DNA from: Euryarchaeota archaeon UBA181 | Lineage (GTDB): Archaea > Thermoplasmatota > Poseidoniia > Poseidoniales > Thalassarchaeaceae | NCBI GenBank assembly: GCA_002496725.1 | Contig: DALI01000068.1 | Span: 1 to 54,618 of the forward strand | DNA: 54,618 bases | Direction: 5' to 3' | In this document: in pieces, positions 35,522 through 44,533 of the stretch | How the letters are laid out: each line of letters starts with the position of its first letter | How positions within the stretch are numbered: the stretch's first letter is position 1 | Position numbers and translations under genes: made by a program | Notes under the pieces: model-generated | Told to the model about the DNA's origin: nothing | Databases searched by the model: none | The model's input: the letters and a program-made list of their open reading frames with translations, nothing else

Positions 35522-36115
35522 ATGGAAGGGTTCGCTCTAGCTATTGCGGCTTTCATGGGAATCAGTCTTGCCGCCGCCTCTGGTTTTCGTGTTTTCCTCC
35601 CTCCCTTCCTTATGTCACTAGCTGTAAGGTCCGGAGTGGTCGATATCGAACTAATAGGGACCCAGTTTGAATTTTTCACGTCTACTCCTGCAATAATCAT
35701 ACTAGGAATAGCAATGTTAGCAGAGTTTGCCGCATACTATGCTCCATTTATTGACAATATTCTGGACACTATAGCTACCCCTGCCGCAGTCTTCGCTGGA
35801 GTGGGGATGACAGCAATTTCTCTTGAAGGCACTGAGCCTATTATCCAATGGTCAATAGCTGTAATAGCAGGAGGCGGGATGTCAGCTACTATCCAGACTG
35901 CAACAGTAGCAGCGAGAGGAATTAGCTCAACGTTGACACTAGGTGTAGCTAATCCAGTTGTTGCAACCGGCGAGAATATTGCCAGTATCGCACTAGCCAT
36001 AATCGCTCTATTATTCCCCATCCTTGCAATTTCTTTCGCCACTCTGGTCGCATTATTGCTAGTGAGGCGCAATCTGAGAAACAAGCCAGAACCTAGCACC
36101 CCTCATCTTGGTTGA
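35522..36115 (+). CDS. DUF4126-like integral membrane protein
   Basis: AASGFRVFLPPFLMSLAV..., AEFAAYYAPFIDNILDTIATPAA and Gly/Ala-rich helices, as I recall for DUF4126. Confidence 0.6.
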   Translation: MEGFALAIAAFMGISLAAASGFRVFLPPFLMSLAVRSGVVDIELIGTQFEFFTSTPAIIILGIAMLAEFAAYYAPFIDNILDTIATPAAVFAGVGMTAISLEGTEPIIQWSIAVIAGGGMSATIQTATVAARGISSTLTLGVANPVVATGENIASIALAIIALLFPILAISFATLVALLLVRRNLRNKPEPSTPHLG

Positions 36116-38411
36116 TGCCAATGGATTTGAACTACTACGTGCACGTCCCTCCGTGCCTCGTGACTCAAGAGCCCAACCTCCTATCCTCAAGGAGGGCCTT
36201 AGAATTGGTAGGCCAAAGAAGACTGCCGCTGGACTCGTGGGAGTACAGAAGTCATTCTCAATCGGTCTTAAGGAAGCAGGACTCAAAAGAACTCTTCAGA
36301 CAATGACGACAGTAAACAGATTCGATGGGTACGACTGTCCAGGTTGTGCTTGGCCTGATCCTGATGATCATAGAAGTACATTTGAGTTCTGTGAGAATGG
36401 AGCGAAAGCATTCGCTACGGAGGCCACGAAAAAGAGAGTAACCCCTAGTTCCCTCGGAAAAATATCAGTCACTGAGTTATCAAATCTCAGTGACATGGAC
36501 CTCGATAAGATGGGCCGGATAACGCATCCCATGTTCTTGAGGGAAGGCTCTGACTATTACGAAGAAATAGAGTGGAATGAGGCCTTTAGAATCATCTCAA
36601 CAAGCATTAATCAGACTGAGAGTCCTGAAAATGTGGTTCTGTACACCAGTGGTAGGGCCTCCAATGAGGCCGCCTTCCTCTGGGGTACACTTGCCAGACA
36701 AATAGGGACAAACAATCTCCCTGATTGCAGTAATATGTGTCATGAGTCAAGTGGTGTTGCGCTATCCAAATCAATAGGAATCGGAAAGGGTACGGTAAAA
36801 CTCTCGTGCTTCGATGAAGCAGACTTAATTCTGGTCATCGGGCAGAATCCCGGGACTAATCATCCTAGGATGCTAACCGCGTTGGCTGGATGTAAGGAGA
36901 ATGGAGGATCAGTTGTGAGTATCAATCCTCTTGAAGAGACAGCAATGAAGAGATTCAAACATCCTCAGAAACCATTACACCTCATCGGAAGGGGTACTCA
37001 GATTGCGGATGAGCATCTTCCTGTTAGGATTGGAGGGGATGCAGCCCTACTACAAGGGTTTGCCAAAGTCGTCCTCTCTCATGGAGCAGTGAACACAGAT
37101 TTTGTATCTCGCAACACCTCTGGTTTTGAGAAGTGGAAGGAACATATCAACTCCGCTAGTTGGGAAGAAATAGAGCTCCAATCAGGAATCTCTCGTGAGA
37201 GCATAGAGAGGGTTGGGGAAGCTATAGCTAAATCAGAGCGGATGATAGTGTGTTGGGCAATGGGCCTAACTCAGCATGAGAACAGCGTAGCAGTAATTCA
37301 GGAGGTCGCAAATCTACTACTCGTAGGGGGGCATTTTGGCAAACCAGGTGCGGGCGCCTGTCCAGTTAGGGGGCACTCTAACGTACAGGGAGACAGGACA
37401 GTTGGAATTAATCACCACCCAAGTGAGGAATTTCTTTCTTCATGTGAAGAAGGAACAGGAATCTCCATGCCTAGAGATAGGGGATATGATGTCGTTGAGT
37501 TCATTCAAGCGGCATTAGAGGGTAATGTTGGGATATATATGGCACTAGGGGGGAACCTAATTTCAGCGATGTCAGATACCGAGAGGGTCGCTGAGGCAAT
37601 TAGGAAAATAGACTTAACAGTACAAATCTCAACGAAGCTAAATCGCTCACACCTAGTGACAGGGAGGGAAGCCCTAATTCTTCCTTGCTTGGGCAGAACA
37701 GAGAAAGATCCTGGAGGGTTCGTTACTGTAGAGAATTCCATGGGACGAGTCCACTCAAGCAAGGGCTCTTTGGAACCAGCCTCAGAGTTTCTTCTCTCAG
37801 AACCAGAGATAGTCTCTAGGATTGGTGAGGCCCTTTTCCCAGAGGGTCCTCTCGACTGGAAGATATATCACGATCATGAGAACACTAGGTACCTCATCTC
37901 AAGATGTGTTTCAGGATTTGAGGATTTCAATTCACGAGTTCGTTCGAGGGGCGGGTTCTATCTTCCTAATGGCCCTAGGGATGGTCCTACTTGGAGCACA
38001 CCATCTGGAAAGGCGCAATTCTTCTGTCACGATCTTCCAGATAGGAAAATCGATGATACGAGATTCATCATGATGACAGTCCGAAGTCACGATCAGTATA
38101 ACACTACGATATATGGTATGGATGACAGATACAGGGGAATATACAATGCCAGGAGAGTGGTAATGATGAATGAAAAAGACATGCTCGAAATCGGGGCATC
38201 TCCCGGCCAAGAGGTAGATCTGACCAGCCACTGGGGAGAGAGAATGACTCACTCGGAGAGGTGGAAGGTGGTTCCCTACGACATACCCAGGGGGAACCTG
38301 TGCTCATACTTTCCAGAGGCTAATGTTCTAGTCCCACTCGAGAGTACTGCAGAGGGTAGCAATACTCCTACCTCCAAGTGGATCGAGGTCTCTATATCAC
38401 TCAGGACTTAG
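36108..38411 (+). CDS. Molybdopterin oxidoreductase, FdhF/YdeP family
   Basis: FDGYDCPGCAWPDPDDHRSTFEFCENGAKA is the YdeP-type N-terminal motif. The MGD-binding region is SNMCHESSG and the size is ~760 aa. The TTG start overlaps the upstream stop; an alternative GTG is at 36153. Confidence 0.85.
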   Translation: MVDANGFELLRARPSVPRDSRAQPPILKEGLRIGRPKKTAAGLVGVQKSFSIGLKEAGLKRTLQTMTTVNRFDGYDCPGCAWPDPDDHRSTFEFCENGAKAFATEATKKRVTPSSLGKISVTELSNLSDMDLDKMGRITHPMFLREGSDYYEEIEWNEAFRIISTSINQTESPENVVLYTSGRASNEAAFLWGTLARQIGTNNLPDCSNMCHESSGVALSKSIGIGKGTVKLSCFDEADLILVIGQNPGTNHPRMLTALAGCKENGGSVVSINPLEETAMKRFKHPQKPLHLIGRGTQIADEHLPVRIGGDAALLQGFAKVVLSHGAVNTDFVSRNTSGFEKWKEHINSASWEEIELQSGISRESIERVGEAIAKSERMIVCWAMGLTQHENSVAVIQEVANLLLVGGHFGKPGAGACPVRGHSNVQGDRTVGINHHPSEEFLSSCEEGTGISMPRDRGYDVVEFIQAALEGNVGIYMALGGNLISAMSDTERVAEAIRKIDLTVQISTKLNRSHLVTGREALILPCLGRTEKDPGGFVTVENSMGRVHSSKGSLEPASEFLLSEPEIVSRIGEALFPEGPLDWKIYHDHENTRYLISRCVSGFEDFNSRVRSRGGFYLPNGPRDGPTWSTPSGKAQFFCHDLPDRKIDDTRFIMMTVRSHDQYNTTIYGMDDRYRGIYNARRVVMMNEKDMLEIGASPGQEVDLTSHWGERMTHSERWKVVPYDIPRGNLCSYFPEANVLVPLESTAEGSNTPTSKWIEVSISLRT

Positions 38412-38459
38412 TCGACTTCAGTCCAACTTTCCAGAGGCTACATTTAGATCATTCTGATA

Positions 38460-38645
38460 TCATATTTCGGTTACTTTTGCATCCGGAGTAACAACCAAGA
38501 TTGTAGCAACGTTTGACATCATCCAAGAAGATGCGGCCATCAGCTGTAACCAATCACCGAGTCCTTTCGGACCTCCATAGGCAAACACACTGATGATCCA
38601 AAAAAGGCTGGCCAGTGTCTGGCCAACCCACTCAAAGCTCATCAT
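38460..38645 (-). CDS. Possible small two-TM membrane protein (61 aa)
   Basis: MMSFEWVGQTLASLFWIISVFAYGG...LMAASSWMMSNVATILVV. The only support is an ORF with hydrophobic helices downstream of the flavoprotein gene. Confidence 0.3.
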   Translation of the reverse strand: MMSFEWVGQTLASLFWIISVFAYGGPKGLGDWLQLMAASSWMMSNVATILVVTPDAKVTEI

Positions 38646-38713
38646 CTTCTCAAGGCGTGTCTGGGTTGTGTTCGTTCTCAATTGCCCGATTTCTGGAACC
38701 TCTATTTCATTTG

Positions 38714-39886
38714 TCAACATGTAAGACACTCCTGTCCACAGCAAGACAGGTCATCCAGATACATCCCCCAACCCCTGTAAGCCTCAACGAATTCATCTGT
38801 TCCAATTTCAAGTGAAGAAGCAATAGCTTGAGCTACTATGGCAAAGCGTTGTCTAAACTTGAAGATAAAGCAAAAATCATGATTATCGTGTCTAACCGAG
38901 GGCCCACATAGAAACATGCCCGGTTCAATAGTAGACTCGTCTTGCTCATTTAGGAGAGGAAAACCATCTTCTCTCTTATCGAATAAATGGGAGACAAATT
39001 TATGACTTCCTTCGAAACCACTGGCTAACAACGGTTGTACATTAGATTTGAAAATCTGACCATCCTCTGTTTTGATCTCATATACCTGCTCCATTAATGA
39101 TACCGAACTAACCGGAGTCCGAGGAAACAACTCAACATTTTTCTGAAATTCTGCCCGTCTCATCCGCTCAAATGAATATGTAGAGAGAGAAACACTGGGG
39201 TCCGAGCTGTCTTCATCCCAAGGGCTGTCAATATCGAACAAACGCACTCTCTTGTCATTACTAGCTAGATGATAAGCAGCATCAACTCCACTCTCATAAC
39301 CGCCGATGATAAGGAAATCATCACCCTCCAAACTACCGTAGTTAGCAATAGTTGCTGTATGGCGACATAGCTCACTACCATCAAAACCCCTTAGACAGGG
39401 ATATTGGAACTCGCCAGCAGCCCAAATGACATTCTTGGCGTAAAGAACTCTGTCATTAGTTTCCACATGAAAAAAATCATCATTTTTACTTATACCTATG
39501 ACATCCATATTTTCCCGTACAGGCAATTCGAAAAAGCTCGCTATATCCTGCAAATGTTCTGCGTAATCAGAACCCGTGGGATGCTCAATCTTCATACTGA
39601 ATGCCGGAGAAATACCAACTGCTATTGAATTCAGATCAAGCATCCCTATTGAGTTACTGGGAAATGAAGGAGTAATGAAACGAGTTTCATCTGGCCATGA
39701 AGAAAATGAAGACCCGATAGTATCCCGATCGATTATGAGAAACCTCTCTATGCCCACGTGAGCGAGAGCGATGCCTATTCCAATTCCTGCCGCACCAGCA
39801 CCCACAACAATAACGTCATATCCACCAGAATCATCTTCCAAAGCTGTATCTACTGCTTCATCCACATCTTCGTAGTCACTACTCAT
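38714..39886 (-). CDS. FAD/NAD(P)-binding oxidoreductase (flavin monooxygenase/Pyr_redox-like) with C-terminal Cys cluster
   Basis: YDVIVVGAGAAGIGIGIAL (GxGxxG) and a second Rossmann motif FLIIGGYESGVDAAYHL. The C-terminus is LSCCGQECLTC. The true ATG is at 39886; the ORF-track TTG at 39898 adds 4 codons. Confidence 0.7.
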   Translation of the reverse strand: MSSDYEDVDEAVDTALEDDSGGYDVIVVGAGAAGIGIGIALAHVGIERFLIIDRDTIGSSFSSWPDETRFITPSFPSNSIGMLDLNSIAVGISPAFSMKIEHPTGSDYAEHLQDIASFFELPVRENMDVIGISKNDDFFHVETNDRVLYAKNVIWAAGEFQYPCLRGFDGSELCRHTATIANYGSLEGDDFLIIGGYESGVDAAYHLASNDKRVRLFDIDSPWDEDSSDPSVSLSTYSFERMRRAEFQKNVELFPRTPVSSVSLMEQVYEIKTEDGQIFKSNVQPLLASGFEGSHKFVSHLFDKREDGFPLLNEQDESTIEPGMFLCGPSVRHDNHDFCFIFKFRQRFAIVAQAIASSLEIGTDEFVEAYRGWGMYLDDLSCCGQECLTC

Positions 39887-39903
39887 GCAACGTCGCAAAT
39901 TAA

Positions 39904-39923
39904 TAGCATTTTAAAATATGCTA
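39904..39923 (-). promoter_or_regulatory. TATA-box candidate (TTTTAAAA, 39909-39916) bracketed by the inverted repeat TAGCAT/ATGCTA; probable leaderless promoter of the flavoprotein gene
   Basis: The TATA box ends 22 nt upstream of the ATG at 39886, which is the spacing expected for a transcript starting at or near the start codon. It sits in a conspicuously AT-rich 100-nt spacer. Confidence 0.45.
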
Positions 39924-39965
39924 ATAATTAGGAAAAGTAAAATTATTATTATCCTATATCATAAT

Positions 39966-39991
39966 ACGACAAAATAGATACATTTTCTCGT
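39966..39991 (-). terminator. Imperfect hairpin (9 of 10 bp, 6-nt loop) 7 nt after the serS stop
   Basis: Minus-strand ACGAGAAAAT-GTATCT-ATTTTGTCGT, with a T4 tract in the 3' arm. Confidence 0.35.
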
Positions 39992-39998
39992 ATTGTTC

Positions 39999-41285
39999 TC
40001 AGAACATATTGAGTTTCTTGAGTATCTCCTGGCCGCCCATATAAGGCCTCAGCACTTCAGGAACTGAGACTCCTCCGTCCTCCAATTGATTCTGCTCCAT
40101 TATCGCTACGAGTGCCCTGCTGGTCGCTACTGCTGTGGAATTGAGAGTGTGAACAGCTTCATTGCCCTCCTTCGTCCTATATCTCATTCTCAGCCTATTT
40201 GCCTGGTAATCAGTACAATTAGAGCAAGAAACCACCTCCTTGTAGGAACCAGCACCAGGTAACCAAGCCTCCAGATCATACTTTCTCGCAGCCACGGTAC
40301 CCATGTCTCCAGTACATATGTTAACTACTCTATAGTGTAGATTTAGACTGTCCCAGAGATCGACGGCATTCTGCAGAAGATCCTCATGATGTGCCCATGA
40401 ATCATCGGGATGACATATCACTATCTGTTCAATCTTCGTGAATTGATGGACTCTCCAGATTCCTCTGTCAGATAGGCCATGAGCGCCCACCTCCCTTCGA
40501 AAGCAGGGGGAGATTCCAACGAGCTTCACTGGGAGTTCTGATGGTTCAATAATCTCATCCATTCTCATGGCAGTCAGGGGGTGTTCGCTGGTAGCAATTA
40601 GGTAATAGTTGTCAGGCTCGATCCCATACATGACAGTCTCGAAGTCTGAAAGATCAGTTACTCCCTCGTACGCATCCCTGTTCATCATAAGGGGGGGTTG
40701 AACCAACGTGTATCCCCTGTTTATGAGGAAGTCTGCAGAGTACTGCTGAAGTGCCATTTCCATCCTAGCCAAGTCACCTTGCATGAAATAGAATCTGCTT
40801 CCAGCCACCTTGGCTCCTCTTGCCTGATCAACCCATCCGTTCATTTCAATGAGCTCATTGTGGTTCCTAGCCTCAAATTGTAGCTCTCTTATAGATCCAT
40901 GTAAACTGTGAAGCGTGTTCTTCTGGTCATCTTCCCCCACTGGAACATCCGGATGCAGGATATTTGGAATCCTCATTCTGAGTTCGTCCCTCTTTCGTAG
41001 GCACTCATCAGCCAGGGTACCCAGATCAGCTATTCTCTTACCTAGATCTGCAACCTCTGACATAATCGACTCAGTACGTGAGCTGTCTCCCTCTTTTTTT
41101 GCCTCAGCAATACCCCTCGCAGCAGAGTTCCGCTGCTTCCTTATCTGATCGGTATCATACTGAGCCTTCCTCCACTCCTCATCCAATCTGATGATCTCAT
41201 CTATTGAATCATGAGGGATACCTCTCCTATCGTGATCCGCTCTAATAGTGTCCGCATTCTCACGAAACATCGCAATGTCCAGCAC
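39999..41285 (-). CDS. serS: Seryl-tRNA synthetase
   Basis: With the GTG at 41285 the N-terminus reads (M)LDIAMFRENADTIRADHDRRG, the canonical SerRS start, followed by the coiled-coil arm. Class II motifs are FRRE(VGAHG), GDMG and TSRAL. The ORF-track TTG at 41363 adds 26 unsupported residues. Confidence 0.95.
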   Translation of the reverse strand: MLDIAMFRENADTIRADHDRRGIPHDSIDEIIRLDEEWRKAQYDTDQIRKQRNSAARGIAEAKKEGDSSRTESIMSEVADLGKRIADLGTLADECLRKRDELRMRIPNILHPDVPVGEDDQKNTLHSLHGSIRELQFEARNHNELIEMNGWVDQARGAKVAGSRFYFMQGDLARMEMALQQYSADFLINRGYTLVQPPLMMNRDAYEGVTDLSDFETVMYGIEPDNYYLIATSEHPLTAMRMDEIIEPSELPVKLVGISPCFRREVGAHGLSDRGIWRVHQFTKIEQIVICHPDDSWAHHEDLLQNAVDLWDSLNLHYRVVNICTGDMGTVAARKYDLEAWLPGAGSYKEVVSCSNCTDYQANRLRMRYRTKEGNEAVHTLNSTAVATSRALVAIMEQNQLEDGGVSVPEVLRPYMGGQEILKKLNMF

Positions 41286-41338
41286 TGTAATCGAGTCTAG
41301 GACAGGCCTAGTGACTTTCAAGGAATCGGGAGAAAACA

Positions 41339-42433
41339 TCAGAAGAATGAGATGTCCTGCCAAAGATTGTCTAATCCGAGAGCGAAGTATCCAGATATCA
41401 GATAGCCCAAAATCGAGCCCCCATTTAACATCGGAAGTCCGGCCTGAGGTCTTCCCATAGCGACTTGAGTCATCAGGCCGAAGTACCCAAGGAGTCCTCC
41501 AAGAAGCGTTCCCATAGCTACAATCAGTGAATCAGCATACATTACTCCGAATGCACTAAAGTAAGTCACCTCACCTCCTGTCTGTGGAAGGAATGAAACG
41601 GATGAAATAACCAACATACCTGGGAAAATTACATCTCCCAAGCCCATGAAAAGAGCATCCCTTCCCTTCTTTCCATCGCCTCCTTCATTTGTCATGGGAA
41701 CTGGATTTTCCCAGTCCATATCTTCCTTCTTCATTACAATATCAATATCCCTATTATCGGACATCACACTATCTTTCTCATCTAAGAACGAGTAATTGGC
41801 GCTCTTGGGTGCTACAAGTAAGACAGGTAGCTTCAGGCCAATCATAGTATCTGCCAGCTCTAGCATGTGCTTACTCCCATTCACTGCCCAGTAGTCGTAG
41901 ATGGCGGCCGCAATCATGAATCCAATGATGAGGACGGGGACGAATGAAACTCCTATGAGTGTAATGACACCTGCTCCGACTAGTATCCCGACACCATTGA
42001 CAACATACCACTCGGGATATCTGTGCAAGAGGTATATTGAGCCAATACTGAGAAATAACGAGAACACAAGTACCGTAGTCAAAGTATCTAGCCCCATGAA
42101 GTAAAGAATCAAGGCAACATAAGGTTGTAAGGCATAGAATAGGCTCATCCATAGGGCGAATAGTACAATTGCTTTGATGAAGAATTCAAGACCCCTCCTA
42201 GCAAGCCATATTATCACTATCGTGAAAACACCAATCATTGCTAACTCAAGAGCTACGAAAGCCCCCTTGGAAGCTCCCTCTTCACCAAATGCCCTAGCTT
42301 CAGGAATGTTGTAGATAGGTTGAATGCTAAGGCCAATGAGAATAGTGGATACAAACATGAACGCCATACCTGTCATCGAGGTCCATTGATCCTTCATCGC
42401 AGACAATACTCCAGCCCCGCTCCCCTCTGCCAT
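41339..42433 (-). CDS. Presenilin/signal-peptide-peptidase-like intramembrane aspartyl protease (peptidase A22)
   Basis: Polytopic protein with catalytic motifs AAAIYDYWAV (YD) and FMGLGDVIFPG (GxGD), plus a PAL-like QAGLP near the C-terminus. The ATG at 42433 is preferred over the track GTG at 42475. Confidence 0.8.
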   Translation of the reverse strand: MAEGSGAGVLSAMKDQWTSMTGMAFMFVSTILIGLSIQPIYNIPEARAFGEEGASKGAFVALELAMIGVFTIVIIWLARRGLEFFIKAIVLFALWMSLFYALQPYVALILYFMGLDTLTTVLVFSLFLSIGSIYLLHRYPEWYVVNGVGILVGAGVITLIGVSFVPVLIIGFMIAAAIYDYWAVNGSKHMLELADTMIGLKLPVLLVAPKSANYSFLDEKDSVMSDNRDIDIVMKKEDMDWENPVPMTNEGGDGKKGRDALFMGLGDVIFPGMLVISSVSFLPQTGGEVTYFSAFGVMYADSLIVAMGTLLGGLLGYFGLMTQVAMGRPQAGLPMLNGGSILGYLISGYFALGLDNLWQDISFF

Positions 42434-42508
42434 GGCATGCACGAACTTCAAGGGCCATATCACCTTGACCCGCACGCGCCCACCCCTCTATGGTGCAGGA
42501 ATGACCCC

Positions 42509-43726
42509 ATGACAAGTCGTATTTGGTTTGATGAGAGAGTCAATCTGGGTGTCAAACTAGGACTTGAGAATTGTAGGAAAATACTCTCAAGACTTAGTAA
42601 TCCCCATCTTTCGTTCCCTTCAATTCATGTTGCCGGGACGAATGGAAAAGGGTCTCTCTGCGCTCAGATTTCATCTATTTGTTCTGCTAATGGGATTAAG
42701 ACAGGACTTTTCACCTCCCCTCATCTTGTCATGGTCGAAGAGAGAATCAGAATTGATGGTAAACCGATTGATAGCAAAAAATTTGATGATGCCATAAGAA
42801 AGGTAAGAGAAGCCTCGGAGCAGGCTCCCATTTGCTTCCCCACGTACTTCGAAACAACTTTTCTAGCTGCAATGGTTGCTTTCAGGGATTCTGGGGTACA
42901 GAGAGCAGTAATAGAAACCGGCATGGGAGGTAGGATGGATGCGACCATACTAGTTGATGCAGACTTAGCAATATTGACTACAATATCAATGGATCACTCT
43001 GAATACCTAGGCCATACCCTAAGTGAAATAGCCTTCGAGAAAGCCGCAATTCACCGTCCAGGCATGCCATTAATCGCAATTAAGCCCGAAAATAGTGATA
43101 TTCAAGACATCATTAGTGACAAAGCGGGAAAAGATCTGAAATGGGTAGTGCTAGATAACGATCTAAGAAAATGGGATGCTTATTCGAAGATTACCTCTAT
43201 GGTGGCAGAGAATTTTGGATGGGACGAAGATACTGCAAGATGCGTCTGGCCAGGAAGATCTCCTGACTTCGGGTCTTCATGGTTTGAGGGAGTAAATCTG
43301 AAATTCAGCGCGGCTCATAATTCTGAGAGTATAAAAAACGATATCGGGGAAACATCGGAGATTGATGTAATACTATTGGCCATGACCGAGAAGAAGGAGA
43401 TTCAAGAAGTTCTCCAGTCTCTGGCAGATGCCTTAAGAGAGAGAGAAATTAATCCAAGGATTATCTTTACAGAGGTAAGAACAGGTAGAAAGCCCTCAAT
43501 CTCATCAGACTTTCTCAGAGTAACACTACAGTCTAAGTACCCCGAATTAACCCTCACTAAGTCCATAGAAGACTCTTACTCTGCGTTCGAGCATAGTATT
43601 GACCTAGCAATTTCTGGTAATGGTGGACTACTTGTGATGGGAAGCATATACCTGATTGGAGAAATAATCTCGAAAATCATTCTGAATAGGGATCTCGATA
43701 CCAGTGAAGTGATGACAATCCACTAA
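42509..43726 (+). CDS. folC: Folylpolyglutamate synthase / dihydrofolate synthase
   Basis: IHVAGTNGKGS P-loop, FTSPHLVMVEERIRIDG and ETGMGGRMDAT. The first 63 codons of the ORF-track entry overlap the divergent presenilin gene and look non-coding. Confidence 0.85.
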   Translation: MTSRIWFDERVNLGVKLGLENCRKILSRLSNPHLSFPSIHVAGTNGKGSLCAQISSICSANGIKTGLFTSPHLVMVEERIRIDGKPIDSKKFDDAIRKVREASEQAPICFPTYFETTFLAAMVAFRDSGVQRAVIETGMGGRMDATILVDADLAILTTISMDHSEYLGHTLSEIAFEKAAIHRPGMPLIAIKPENSDIQDIISDKAGKDLKWVVLDNDLRKWDAYSKITSMVAENFGWDEDTARCVWPGRSPDFGSSWFEGVNLKFSAAHNSESIKNDIGETSEIDVILLAMTEKKEIQEVLQSLADALREREINPRIIFTEVRTGRKPSISSDFLRVTLQSKYPELTLTKSIEDSYSAFEHSIDLAISGNGGLLVMGSIYLIGEIISKIILNRDLDTSEVMTIH

Positions 43727-43752
43727 GAAGCCAAGTACGATGACCTCTCGTC

Positions 43753-44085
43753 ATGACCTGTCAAATGTCCGAGAAGAGTGAGAACAAACCCGAGCTGAAG
43801 GTAGTCATAGAGTCTAGAGACACTGCTTCCAAAGTAATACTGATCGCCTTGGTAATCGTCCTATCTGGGGTACTAGTCGCCCTTCTTACCACTGAGGCCG
43901 GAGAGAATATTCTTGGATTATCAGAGGAAGGCTCTGGCAATTGCGGTGATGGAGTGGACAATGACAATGGCGGTCAGGCAGATGAAGATGATCCAGACTG
44001 CTACAACAATCCCGAACTTTGGGAGGGTTATGACGAGAACCGAAAAGAGGTAAACCGAGATAACGACCCACCCGGTGCGACATAG
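43753..44085 (+). CDS. Small bitopic protein with acidic Cys-flanked Asp-rich (TSP3/metal-binding-like) ectodomain
   Basis: TM helix VILIALVIVLSGVLVALL, then CGDGVDNDNGGQADEDDPDC. Alternative ATG at 43765. Confidence 0.5.
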   Translation: MTCQMSEKSENKPELKVVIESRDTASKVILIALVIVLSGVLVALLTTEAGENILGLSEEGSGNCGDGVDNDNGGQADEDDPDCYNNPELWEGYDENRKEVNRDNDPPGAT

Positions 44086-44095
44086 AGGTGTTGAC

Positions 44096-44533
44096 ATGAG
44101 CGACAGGTGGGATGTAAGATTCATAGAACTCGCAAAACACATTTCTCAATGGAGTAAAGACCCATCTACAAAGGTAGGATGCGTAGTAGTTGGAGAGGAC
44201 AGGGAGATCCGATCAACCGGTTTCAATGGATTCCCTAGGGGGATCAAGGATGATGAGGATAGACTATCTGACAGATCAAAGAAGTACCCATTAATTTGTC
44301 ACGCTGAAGAGAATGCGATAATGCATGCGGCCAGGGTCGGAGTTTCCCTCAAAGGAAATACTGCCTATGTTACATGGCCACCATGCTCGAGATGCACGAG
44401 ATCCCTGATTCAGGCAGGGATAAATGAAGTTGTTTTTCCAAAGAGCTTGGATATTCCCGATAGATGGCAGGAAGACTTCAGGATTGCAATGTCTATGATG
44501 GATGAGGCCGAGATAATCGTCAGACAGGTTTAG
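44096..44533 (+). CDS. dCMP (deoxycytidylate) deaminase
   Basis: CHAEENAI and PCSRCTRSLIQAGI zinc-binding motifs. GAGGTG SD 5 nt upstream of the ATG at 44096. Confidence 0.9.
   Translation: MSDRWDVRFIELAKHISQWSKDPSTKVGCVVVGEDREIRSTGFNGFPRGIKDDEDRLSDRSKKYPLICHAEENAIMHAARVGVSLKGNTAYVTWPPCSRCTRSLIQAGINEVVFPKSLDIPDRWQEDFRIAMSMMDEAEIIVRQV

Noticed and set aside
36112-36306. 64-aa plus-strand ORF overlapping the 5' end of the YdeP-type oxidoreductase gene in another frame.
   Set aside because: It is fully embedded in the region whose main frame already aligns with the YdeP N-terminus, and it has no SD or conservation argument.
41286-41363. N-terminal extensions in the ORF track for serS. The same issue affects folC (42320-42508), the presenilin gene (42434-42475), MCC-beta (30902-30964), the macro gene (54173-54244), the RAM gene (54222-54272) and dCMP deaminase (44075-44095).
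   Set aside because: The first codons are TTG/GTG picked as the longest ORF. The family-typical N-termini begin at internal starts, often with a proper SD, and the extensions would overlap divergent neighbours or erase promoter space.
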